From positions 1 to 25,629 of the IMG/VR virus record IMGVR_UViG_3300020044_011595: DNA of 25,629 bases. One strand, 5' to 3'. The stretch is from a virus. Its lineage: Duplodnaviria > Caudoviricetes. This document shows, one piece after another, positions 17,974 through 25,629 of this stretch (the first letter of the stretch is position 1; each line of letters begins with the position of its first letter). The position numbers and the translations under genes were made by a program. Under the pieces are notes generated by a model. The model was not told the DNA's origin and ran no database searches. It saw nothing but the letters and a program-made list of their open reading frames with translations.

Positions 17974-19980
17974 ATGGCAGAAACAATTGTCTCACCTGGT
18001 GTACTAGCAATAGAAAACGATCAATCATTCATTACAGAAGGCCCTATACAAGCAGGTGCTGCTATTATTGGTCCAACAGTTAAAGGTAAAGTAGGAATTC
18101 CTGTATTATGTACAACATACAGTGATTATTTAAATAAATTTGGTTCTACATTTTTAAGTGGAAGCCAAACCTACTCATACTTAACATCAATTTCAGCTTA
18201 CAACTATTTTAATAATGGTGGTAATACATTACTTGTAACTCGAGTAGTAAGCGGAACATTTTCTCCTGCAACATCTTCGGTTATCCCATCATCTGTAGCA
18301 GCTACATCAGCCTCAGCTACATTAAATTTAACTAGTGCTGCAACTACAGCATTTTCTGCCTCTATTAATGGGATAAATGTTTTACTTTCAGGGTCATCTG
18401 CTCTAGATGCATTCAATAATGCTACCGCTTCAATTAATGGTAATACTACTATAAATTCAACAGCTTCATATTCTGCTCCTAACTTGGTTTTAACTGCATT
18501 AAACTCAAATGGACTTATTGGAAATTCATATTACTATACCTCTGGAAGTACTACAGTATATTATAGTGGAGGAACTAATACTGAAGTATTTGTTCTAGAA
18601 ACTTTATCTGAAGGTGAAATGATGAATAGTTCAGGTTCTTTATATGCCGATGGAACTTTACAAAATGGAACAGCAGATAATTTAAGATGGCAAATTGTTT
18701 CACCAAACGTAAATAACGGAACATTTACTTTACTTATTCGTCAAGGAAATGATTCAACAAACTCTCCATCTATTTTAGAAACATGGTCAAATCTTTCACT
18801 AGATCCATTTTCTTCAAATTATATTGAAAGAGTAATTGGAAATCAAGTTGAATCTGTTCAACAAGATAATGGAGAATATTATGTTCAATTGAGTGGTGAA
18901 TATAGAAACCAATCTAGATATGTTCGTGTTAAACAAGTAAATTTAACCACTCCAAATTATTTTGATAACACAGGAAATCCAAAATCACAATTTACAGGTT
19001 CGTTACCTACATCATCTTTAGGTGTATTTAATGGAGCTCAAGGAAAAAATCTTCCAACTGGAGTAGCAGGCGCATATTACGAAAATATTTCAAATACAAA
19101 TATTCAAGGTCTCTCAGCTGCTGCTTATGTAGAATCTATTTCTTTACTAGCAAATAGAGATGCTTACAAATATAATTTAATTACAGCACCTGGTTTAATT
19201 GCAGACGGAACTAATTATCCTGCTCATGTTTCTGTTACAACACAACTATTAAATGTAGTACAAGGTAGAGGAGATTCAATGACTATATTAGATTTAGTAG
19301 GATATAATTCTCCAATCATTCCTGTAACAACAAATGCTCTAACATATGATACTTCATATGCTGCTGCTTATTGGCCTTGGGTTCAAACAATTGACCCAGA
19401 TTCAGGACGTCAAGTTTGGGTACCTGCCTCAACTATGATTCCTGGAGTATATGCATTTAATGACAATGCAGCAGAACCTTGGTTTGCTCCTGCTGGAATT
19501 AATCGTGGAGTAATGTCTACTGTTTTAAGAGCAGAACGTAACTTAACTCAAGGAAATAGAGATTTACTTTACGAAAGTAATGTCAATTCAATTGCAACAT
19601 TTCCTAACGTAGGTGTTGTAGTATTTGGACAAAAAACATTACAAAAGAAAAAAAGTGCACTTGATCGCGTTAATGTAAGAAGATTACTTATTGAATTAAA
19701 AAACTATATTTCACAAGTAGCAGATACTTTAGTATTTGAACAAAATACCGTAACAACAAGAAATAATTTCTTAGCCCAAGTCAATCCATATTTGGCATCC
19801 GTTCAACAAAGACAAGGTTTAACAGCATTTAGAGTAGTAATGGACGAGTCAAATAACACTCCAACTACAATAGATAATAATCAATTAATAGGCCAAATCT
19901 ATTTACAACCTACTAGAACCGTAGAATTTATTATATTAGACTTTAATATCTTACCTACTGGTGCAACATTCCCAGCTTAA
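17974..19980 (+). CDS. gp18: Tail sheath protein 1, T4 gp18-like
   Basis: SPGVLAIEND, AIIGPTVKG, AYWPWV, PWFAPAGINRG, FGQKTLQ, DRVNVRRL, VMDESNNTP, IYLQPTRTVEFI. Confidence 0.95.
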   Translation: MAETIVSPGVLAIENDQSFITEGPIQAGAAIIGPTVKGKVGIPVLCTTYSDYLNKFGSTFLSGSQTYSYLTSISAYNYFNNGGNTLLVTRVVSGTFSPATSSVIPSSVAATSASATLNLTSAATTAFSASINGINVLLSGSSALDAFNNATASINGNTTINSTASYSAPNLVLTALNSNGLIGNSYYYTSGSTTVYYSGGTNTEVFVLETLSEGEMMNSSGSLYADGTLQNGTADNLRWQIVSPNVNNGTFTLLIRQGNDSTNSPSILETWSNLSLDPFSSNYIERVIGNQVESVQQDNGEYYVQLSGEYRNQSRYVRVKQVNLTTPNYFDNTGNPKSQFTGSLPTSSLGVFNGAQGKNLPTGVAGAYYENISNTNIQGLSAAAYVESISLLANRDAYKYNLITAPGLIADGTNYPAHVSVTTQLLNVVQGRGDSMTILDLVGYNSPIIPVTTNALTYDTSYAAAYWPWVQTIDPDSGRQVWVPASTMIPGVYAFNDNAAEPWFAPAGINRGVMSTVLRAERNLTQGNRDLLYESNVNSIATFPNVGVVVFGQKTLQKKKSALDRVNVRRLLIELKNYISQVADTLVFEQNTVTTRNNFLAQVNPYLASVQQRQGLTAFRVVMDESNNTPTTIDNNQLIGQIYLQPTRTVEFIILDFNILPTGATFPA

Positions 19981-20025
19981 TCTGGATTTTAAAAAGAAAT
20001 TTAATATTTATAATAAAAAAATAAA

Positions 20026-22146
20026 ATGGCAAAATTTACAGTTTCCCCTGGAGTAGCAATTAGTGAAATAGATAACACGTTTTTAACCGGCCAACCTGTA
20101 CAAGCGGGTGCAGCTATTATAGGCCCAACAGTAAAAGGTCCTGTAGAAACACCAACATTAGTAACTTCATATTCTGATTTCAATTCAATATTTGGAGATA
20201 CTTTTATTAGTGGAGGAAATTCATATTCTTATTTAACTTCAATTGCCGCTTACAATTATTTTAATTACGGAGGTACTTCATTATTGGTAGCTCGTGTTGC
20301 ATCTGGATCTTATACAACAGCAACAAGTACTACTGTATCAAATGGTTTGACCCAAACCCCAGGAGCGGTAGCTTCAGCTTCATTTAATGCTTCTTTATCT
20401 ATTACCGGATCTGCAACAGGGTCTTGGATAGGTATAAGAATAGAAATCCCTGGAGTAAATGATTATTATGTTGTTCCTAACAATTATTCGAATAATTTCT
20501 TCAATAATCTTGCAGATACATATTATTCTTCTAGTGGTGCCGCTACTAATGATAATACAGATAACTACATGGCTGTTATTGTATCTACAATTAATAACCC
20601 AGCAACTGATTTTCCTGGTGCAGGATTAACAGCTTCATATAACTCAGGAACAGATGTATTTACTTTATCCGCAATTAATGCTGGGAATTCTTTAAATGGT
20701 GTAAATATTTATAAAGATGCTTTTTCTGGTGGTATAGGTACATTAGTTGCTACATTAGCTGGTGGTACTGCAAACATATCAGCAAATTCTCTTACTTTAA
20801 AAACAATTTCTGAAGGGATTATTATGAACAATTCAGGATCTGAAACATCAGGTGCTTTAGTTTCAGGTTCAGCAGATAATGTAAGATGGGAAATTACCAA
20901 CTCAAATACAGGATCAGGTACATTTAACGTATTAGTTAGAAGAGGAAACGATAATAATGTAAATAAAGTTATTCTTGAATCATTTAATGGAGTTAATTTA
21001 GATCCTAATTCACCAAAATTTATTAGTAAAGTAATAGGTGACCAAACACTTACTTACAATTCTACTACAAACCAAATGGAATTGTCAGGTACATATCCAA
21101 ATAATTCAAGATACATTCGTGTTGGAACTCTTAATTATTTAACTCCAAACTATCTTGATGGAAATGGCCAACCAGTATCAGCTTATACTGCATCTATTCC
21201 ATTAAATGGAAGTGGTTCATTTGGTGGTGCTACAGGAACATTAAACTCAACAATTAATTTATATGATGCTATTTCAACAAACACACAAGGTTTAGCAGGT
21301 AGTGATTATAACGATATGATTGCATTGCTTGGAAATCAAGATGCATATCAATTCAATGTATTATTTACTCCTGGATTGTTAGATGATACTCATACAGCTC
21401 AAGTTACTAACATCATTACAAATACAACTTCAAGAGGAGATAATTTATATGTAATGGATTTAGTTAGTTACAATAGTACAGTAACAGATGCAACTACACA
21501 AGCACAATCAAGAGATACTTCATATGCCGCAACATATTGGCCTTGGGTTCGTATTATTGATCCAGCAACAGGAAAACACGTATGGGTTCCAGCTTCAACT
21601 GTAATACCAGGTGTATATGCATTCAACGATAAAGTAGCTGCTCCTTGGTTTGCTCCAGCAGGTATTAACAGAGGTGGATTAAACACAGTGTTACAAGCAC
21701 AATATAAATTGTCTCAAGCAAATAAAGATACATTATACGATAACAATGTTAACCCATTAGCTACATTACCTAAACAAGGTGTAGTAGTATTTGGACAGAA
21801 AACATTACAAAAAGAAGCATCTGCTTTAGATAGAGTAAATGTTAGACGTTTGATGATTGAGTTAAAAAGCTATATCCGCCAAATTGCAGATACTATTGTA
21901 TTCGAACAAAATACTAATGCTACTAGAAATTCATTTATTGCTCAAGTTACTCCATATTTACAAATTATCCAACAAAAACAAGGTTTATACGCGTTTAAAG
22001 TAGTAATGGATGATTCAAATAATGGACCAGCAGTAATAGATCAAAATCAATTAATTGGACAAATTTATGTTCAACCAACACGCACAGCTGAATTTATTTC
22101 TCTAGATTTTATCTTATTACCAACTGGAGCAGAATTCCCAGCATAA
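20026..22146 (+). CDS. gp18: Tail sheath protein 2, T4 gp18-like
   Basis: SPGVAISEID, AIIGPTVKGP, TYWPWV, PWFAPAGINRG, FGQKTLQ, DRVNVRRL, IYVQPTRTAEFI. Confidence 0.95.
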   Translation: MAKFTVSPGVAISEIDNTFLTGQPVQAGAAIIGPTVKGPVETPTLVTSYSDFNSIFGDTFISGGNSYSYLTSIAAYNYFNYGGTSLLVARVASGSYTTATSTTVSNGLTQTPGAVASASFNASLSITGSATGSWIGIRIEIPGVNDYYVVPNNYSNNFFNNLADTYYSSSGAATNDNTDNYMAVIVSTINNPATDFPGAGLTASYNSGTDVFTLSAINAGNSLNGVNIYKDAFSGGIGTLVATLAGGTANISANSLTLKTISEGIIMNNSGSETSGALVSGSADNVRWEITNSNTGSGTFNVLVRRGNDNNVNKVILESFNGVNLDPNSPKFISKVIGDQTLTYNSTTNQMELSGTYPNNSRYIRVGTLNYLTPNYLDGNGQPVSAYTASIPLNGSGSFGGATGTLNSTINLYDAISTNTQGLAGSDYNDMIALLGNQDAYQFNVLFTPGLLDDTHTAQVTNIITNTTSRGDNLYVMDLVSYNSTVTDATTQAQSRDTSYAATYWPWVRIIDPATGKHVWVPASTVIPGVYAFNDKVAAPWFAPAGINRGGLNTVLQAQYKLSQANKDTLYDNNVNPLATLPKQGVVVFGQKTLQKEASALDRVNVRRLMIELKSYIRQIADTIVFEQNTNATRNSFIAQVTPYLQIIQQKQGLYAFKVVMDDSNNGPAVIDQNQLIGQIYVQPTRTAEFISLDFILLPTGAEFPA

Positions 22147-22197
22147 GAACTTAAAGACGGAATATTTATAATAAAACAAAATTAAAATAAAAACAAA

Positions 22198-22686
22198 ATG
22201 GCAATTTTAAATCCGAACGAAATTTTCTACACAGCGTTTGAACCTAGACTAACAAACCGCTTTATACTTTATATGGATGGTATTCCATCATATTTAGTAA
22301 AAGGAATGTCTGCAATTTCATTATCTCAAACGGCAGTTGCCCTTAACCATATCAACGTTCAACGTTATGTAAAAGGAAAAACCATTTGGGGTACAATTAC
22401 TTTTACACTATTTGAAGCGATTACTCCTGCAGGTTCACAAACCGTAATGGAATGGGTTCGTTTAGGACACGAATCAGTAACAGGTAGAGATGGTTACTCT
22501 GATTTCTATAAAAAAGATATTACATTTAATGGTTTAGGTCCAGTAGGTGATATCGTTAACGAATGGGTAATTAAAGGAGCTGTTATTACAAGTGTTAACT
22601 TTGGAGACTATAACTGGGATGATGATGGTACAGCTGTAAATATTACAATTGAAGTACAACCAGATTATTGTATCTTGAACTACTAA
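22198..22686 (+). CDS. gp19: Tail tube protein, T4 gp19-like
   Basis: 162 aa, directly after the sheaths; EPRLTNRF, GKTIWGTITFT, YKKDITF..LGPVGDIVNEWVIKGA, FGDYNW. Confidence 0.88.
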   Translation: MAILNPNEIFYTAFEPRLTNRFILYMDGIPSYLVKGMSAISLSQTAVALNHINVQRYVKGKTIWGTITFTLFEAITPAGSQTVMEWVRLGHESVTGRDGYSDFYKKDITFNGLGPVGDIVNEWVIKGAVITSVNFGDYNWDDDGTAVNITIEVQPDYCILNY

Positions 22687-22712
22687 TTTAAAATTAGTAT
22701 ATACCGTATATG

Positions 22713-22743
22713 AGCTCCAATTTATTGGAGCTTTTTTACTTTT
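22713..22743 (+). terminator. Rho-independent terminator after the tail tube gene
   Basis: Perfect stem AGCTCCAA (22713-22720) / TTGGAGCT (22725-22732), followed by TTTTTACTTTT. Confidence 0.85.
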
Positions 22744-22781
22744 CCTTGGAATACTGAATTTTTGTTATCATATTTATAATC

Positions 22782-23375
22782 ATGAAACTAATTAATGTTA
22801 TATTATTTGTTTTTATAGTTTATTTTGGTTATAGCCAATGTAATGGAACCCAATCTTTTACATTAACACCACCCCCAGTAGCAGGAACATATTCCCCAGG
22901 ACAAGTAGTAACAATGTGTTATACAATGAATGGATACACACAAGCTGGAACTAATTGGATAGAAGGATTTGATTTAACTTTAGGACCTGGTTGGGCTTCT
23001 GCTACACCTCAAAGTGCGCCTGCAAACTGTGGAGGTAATGCTACTGGAGGGCAATGGGTATGGATGAATTCAGTCACTTCAACAACTACACCTATTACAA
23101 CTGTAGGACCTGGATATTTCTTTGATCTTGGAGTAGATGGAAACCCAGGAAATGATTTTGGAGACGCGGGATCATGTGTTTGGACATTTTGTGTTACTTT
23201 AACTGTTGCAAATATTTGTACCCCTCAAAATTTACTTTTACAAGTAACTGCAGGATCAGATGGAGTGTGGGGTAGTTATGCAAGTAGTACATGCGATGCA
23301 GTTACACCATTTACAGTATTTAACGGAACAATAAACATAACTCCTATTACATTAGGACCTATTAATCACAATTAA
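22782..23375 (+). CDS. Secreted Cys-rich beta protein with C-terminal PINHN
   Basis: Sec signal MKLINVILFVFIVYFGYS|Q; 7 Cys; acidic DLGVDGNPGNDFGD loop (possible Ca2+ site). Confidence 0.8.
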   Translation: MKLINVILFVFIVYFGYSQCNGTQSFTLTPPPVAGTYSPGQVVTMCYTMNGYTQAGTNWIEGFDLTLGPGWASATPQSAPANCGGNATGGQWVWMNSVTSTTTPITTVGPGYFFDLGVDGNPGNDFGDAGSCVWTFCVTLTVANICTPQNLLLQVTAGSDGVWGSYASSTCDAVTPFTVFNGTINITPITLGPINHN

Positions 23376-23385
23376 AATTAAATCT

Positions 23386-23943
23386 ATGAAAAAATTATTT
23401 ACCTTTTTATTTTTAACATTTACTGGAATTTCTTTTTCCCAATTAGTAACAACTAACCCTGATACTGTTTGTTATCAAACAACAGCATTATCAATTTATC
23501 AAATCCCTTCTGTTGGAACAGGAACATATACTTGGACAATACCTGCATGTGCTACATTAGTTTCAGGACAAGGTACAAATTCAATCCAAGTAAATTGGTC
23601 AGCTTGCCCTCCAGGATTAATTAATAATGCAATTTCGGTTGCATATACTAGCCCTTCAGGTTGTCCTGCTACACCAGTAACACTTAACGTATTAATATAC
23701 CAAGTAATTCCTACAATAACACCAATCGGACCATTTTGTGCTGGAGATCCTTGTGTAACATTAGCAGCAACCCCAACAGGTGGTACATGGTCAGGTACAG
23801 GAGTAACAGGTAATCAATTCTGTCCTGGAGTAAGCAATTCGTTAATTACTTACACATACACAAATAGTGGATGTACATTTACAGCACAAACAGGTGCCCA
23901 AGTTAACCCATCCCCAGTATTATCTCCAATTCAACATAATTAA
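23386..23943 (+). CDS. Secreted PKD-like/Ig-like protein with C-terminal PIQHN
   Basis: Sec signal MKKLFTFLFLTFTGISFS|Q; 8 Cys; YTWTIP...SGQGTNSIQVNW and PFC..DP.VTL.ATPTGGTWSGTGV modules typical of Bacteroidota surface adhesins. Confidence 0.82.
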   Translation: MKKLFTFLFLTFTGISFSQLVTTNPDTVCYQTTALSIYQIPSVGTGTYTWTIPACATLVSGQGTNSIQVNWSACPPGLINNAISVAYTSPSGCPATPVTLNVLIYQVIPTITPIGPFCAGDPCVTLAATPTGGTWSGTGVTGNQFCPGVSNSLITYTYTNSGCTFTAQTGAQVNPSPVLSPIQHN

Positions 23944-24500
23944 TGAGGTATTTAATATTCATATTATTTCCTTTTCTTTGTTTATCTCAACAAACTATAG
24001 AGATATGTAATGATTTTAAAACATTTACATATTCAACTTCGGCTACCGAAAATGGAAACGTAGAATGGGAAGTAAATGGATTATATTACTATGGAAATGA
24101 AATTACTTTAACGTGGGATGAAGCAGGAGTATATGAAATCACCGCAATTGCTACATCTAATAATTGTCCTAGTTTACCTCAAACATATACAGTAACAGTT
24201 ATTGAATGTGATCCATTAATTTATTGGGTACCTAACTGTTTTACCCCAGATGGAAATGAATTTAATCAATTGTGGGGACCTACATTTACAAGTGGATATT
24301 CAATTGATCATTTTGAATTATTTATTTTAAATAGATGGGGAAATTTAATTTGGCAATCACATGACCCTGCCGCTAAGTGGGATGGAACATATAGAGGAAA
24401 AAAAGTATTAGATGGTGTTTATACTTGGATAGTAAAATTTGATCTACTTAATACAGATGAAAAAAGAATAGATCACGGACATGTAACAATAATTAGATAG
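23943..24500 (+). CDS. Secreted protein with T9SS type-B (gliding motility-associated, CHU_C-like) C-terminal domain
   Basis: Sec signal MRYLIFILFPFLCLS|Q, a PKD-like domain, then VPNCFTPDGNEFN...LFILNRWGNLIW...WDGTYRG...DGVYTWIV...GHVTIIR, the type-B CTD signature. TAATG-coupled to the previous gene. Confidence 0.9.
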   Translation: MRYLIFILFPFLCLSQQTIEICNDFKTFTYSTSATENGNVEWEVNGLYYYGNEITLTWDEAGVYEITAIATSNNCPSLPQTYTVTVIECDPLIYWVPNCFTPDGNEFNQLWGPTFTSGYSIDHFELFILNRWGNLIWQSHDPAAKWDGTYRGKKVLDGVYTWIVKFDLLNTDEKRIDHGHVTIIR

Positions 24501-24517
24501 TACAATATTTATAACAT

Positions 24518-24889
24518 ATGAAATTAACTGCTTTACGTACATTAGTAAAAGAAGAACTTAAAAGATCTTTAAACGAAGAATACCAAGATAAATTTAAAAT
24601 GGTGGGGATGCTGATTTCAAACATTGAACAACGCCCCCAAAAAGAAATTTACTCAGATATCCGTTCAATTACAGGAATTTCAGTAATTTCTTCAAAAGAA
24701 CCACTTGAATACAGTGAACAAGACACAACTAAATTTCAATCAATATTAACAGTTAAAGTAGATGGATACCCATTTATTACAAAAGGTGGGTTTAGTAGAG
24801 ATAAAATGGCAGAAATAGCCGCTCAAGTCAGAAAAGTACCAGGAGTTATATCTTTTAATTTTAATCCTGATAATGTTTCTGCTCTTTAA
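24518..24889 (+). CDS. Hypothetical protein, possible head-internal protein
   Basis: N-terminal amphipathic leader MKLTALRTLVKEELKRSLNEE followed by a small alpha/beta domain. Confidence 0.65.
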   Translation: MKLTALRTLVKEELKRSLNEEYQDKFKMVGMLISNIEQRPQKEIYSDIRSITGISVISSKEPLEYSEQDTTKFQSILTVKVDGYPFITKGGFSRDKMAEIAAQVRKVPGVISFNFNPDNVSAL

Positions 24890-24930
24890 TATATGTATAT
24901 AAGACAATTAAGTTATAACAAATAAAAATT

Positions 24931-25629
24931 ATGGAAGAAAAATTTAGTTTACCGGTTGAGGAAATCGAATTGCCATCAAAAGGCTTACTTTACCCTGAAA
25001 ATTCTGAACTAGCAAAAGGTACTATCAAAATGAAGTATATGACTGCTAAAGAAGAAGATATCTTAACTAACTCTTCATATATCCAAAAGGGTACAGTTTT
25101 AGATAAATTAATGCAATCTTTAATTGTATCTAAAATCAACTATGATGATCTATTAGTTGCTGACAGAGATGCACTATTGATTGCTGCACGTATTTTAGGA
25201 TATGGAAGTGATTATTCGTTTAGCTATGCAGATCAACCTGTTACAGTGGATTTAGCTGAGTTAGAAACGAAATACTTAGATGAAGCAGGAATTGAACCGG
25301 GTGTAAACGAGTTTCAGTATGTAGTCCCAACTACAGGTGCTAAGTTAACCTTTAAACTACTTACAGTAGGAGATGAAAAACTAATCGAAAAAGACCTAGC
25401 AGGATTTAAAAAGATTAACGCTCAAGCATCCCCAGAACTTTCAACAAGGCTGAAATCAATCATTACTTCGGTAAATGGAGACGTTTCAAAAGCGACGGTG
25501 CGTGATTTTGTAGACAATCATTTTTTAGCACGTGATTCAAGAGCATTCAGAAAACATCTAAAAGAAATAACTCCAGGAGTTGAACTTAAATTTGATGTAG
25601 AAGTTAATGGATACACAGAGGAGGGTGTA
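24931..25629 (+). CDS. Baseplate hub assembly protein, T4 gp26-like (truncated by the window edge)
   Basis: Not in the ORF track. Manual translation is open to the end: MEEKFSLPVEEIELPSKGLLYP...IKMKYMTAKEEDILT...LLVADRDALLIAARILGYG...LTFKLLTVGDEK...FVDNHFLARDSRAFRK. Confidence 0.8.
   Translation, partial: MEEKFSLPVEEIELPSKGLLYPENSELAKGTIKMKYMTAKEEDILTNSSYIQKGTVLDKLMQSLIVSKINYDDLLVADRDALLIAARILGYGSDYSFSYADQPVTVDLAELETKYLDEAGIEPGVNEFQYVVPTTGAKLTFKLLTVGDEKLIEKDLAGFKKINAQASPELSTRLKSIITSVNGDVSKATVRDFVDNHFLARDSRAFRKHLKEITPGVELKFDVEVNGYTEEGV

Noticed and set aside
20705-20714. ATATTTATAA copy inside sheath 2 as an internal promoter
   Set aside because: It encodes N-I-Y-K with no nearby downstream start; likely chance in AT-rich DNA.
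797-21686. The many minus-strand ORFs in the ORF track (e.g. 1430-1876, 3340-3774, 14009-14476)
   Set aside because: All lie antisense to strong + strand genes and have no recognisable motifs; they are shadow ORFs from codon bias.
17974-22686. Extracellular contractile injection system or tailocin, suggested by two sheaths
   Set aside because: A gp23-like capsid, scaffold and neck genes in the same module indicate a complete phage.
22681-22699. Inverted repeat TACTAATTT/AAATTAGTA over the tube stop codon
   Set aside because: Almost all A-T with a minimal loop; the adjacent GC-containing hairpin already explains termination.
22782-22841. Lipoprotein signal (Cys20) in the first cassette gene
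   Set aside because: YSQC is a poor lipobox, and S|Q cleavage matches the two neighbouring genes; not fully excluded without SignalP.
3953-24500. Stop-codon reassignment (almost all stops are TAA)
   Set aside because: Genes are intact in the standard code, and TAG at 24498-24500 falls exactly at the canonical end of the type-B CTD; the TAA bias fits low GC.

Overview
AT-rich, almost entirely + strand virion morphogenesis module of a large T4-like (contractile-tailed) dsDNA phage. The host is probably Bacteroidota: there are no Shine-Dalgarno motifs, the signal peptides follow the Q-rule, and one gene carries a T9SS type-B C-terminal domain. Gene order: scaffold-like protein, gp23-like major capsid protein, PhoH, an ~11 kb fibre/adhesin block (including four tandem paralogous beta-helix proteins), gp13/gp14/gp15-like neck and tail-completion proteins, two small ORFs, two tandem tail sheath genes, tail tube, a three-gene cassette of Sec-secreted Cys-rich proteins ending in a T9SS cargo, a small putative head-internal protein, and a truncated gp26-like baseplate hub gene. 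Most notable observations: (1) the phage-borne T9SS cargo cassette, whose first two proteins share a C-terminal PIxHN motif; (2) a [S/T]-[G/A/S]-S tripeptide that saturates predicted outer virion regions but is absent from internal and non-virion proteins (candidate glycosylation sequon); (3) a repeated ATATTTATAA promoter-like motif; (4) the adhesin paralog array; (5) an odd, possibly chimeric left end. All family assignments come from motif recognition by eye, not database searches.
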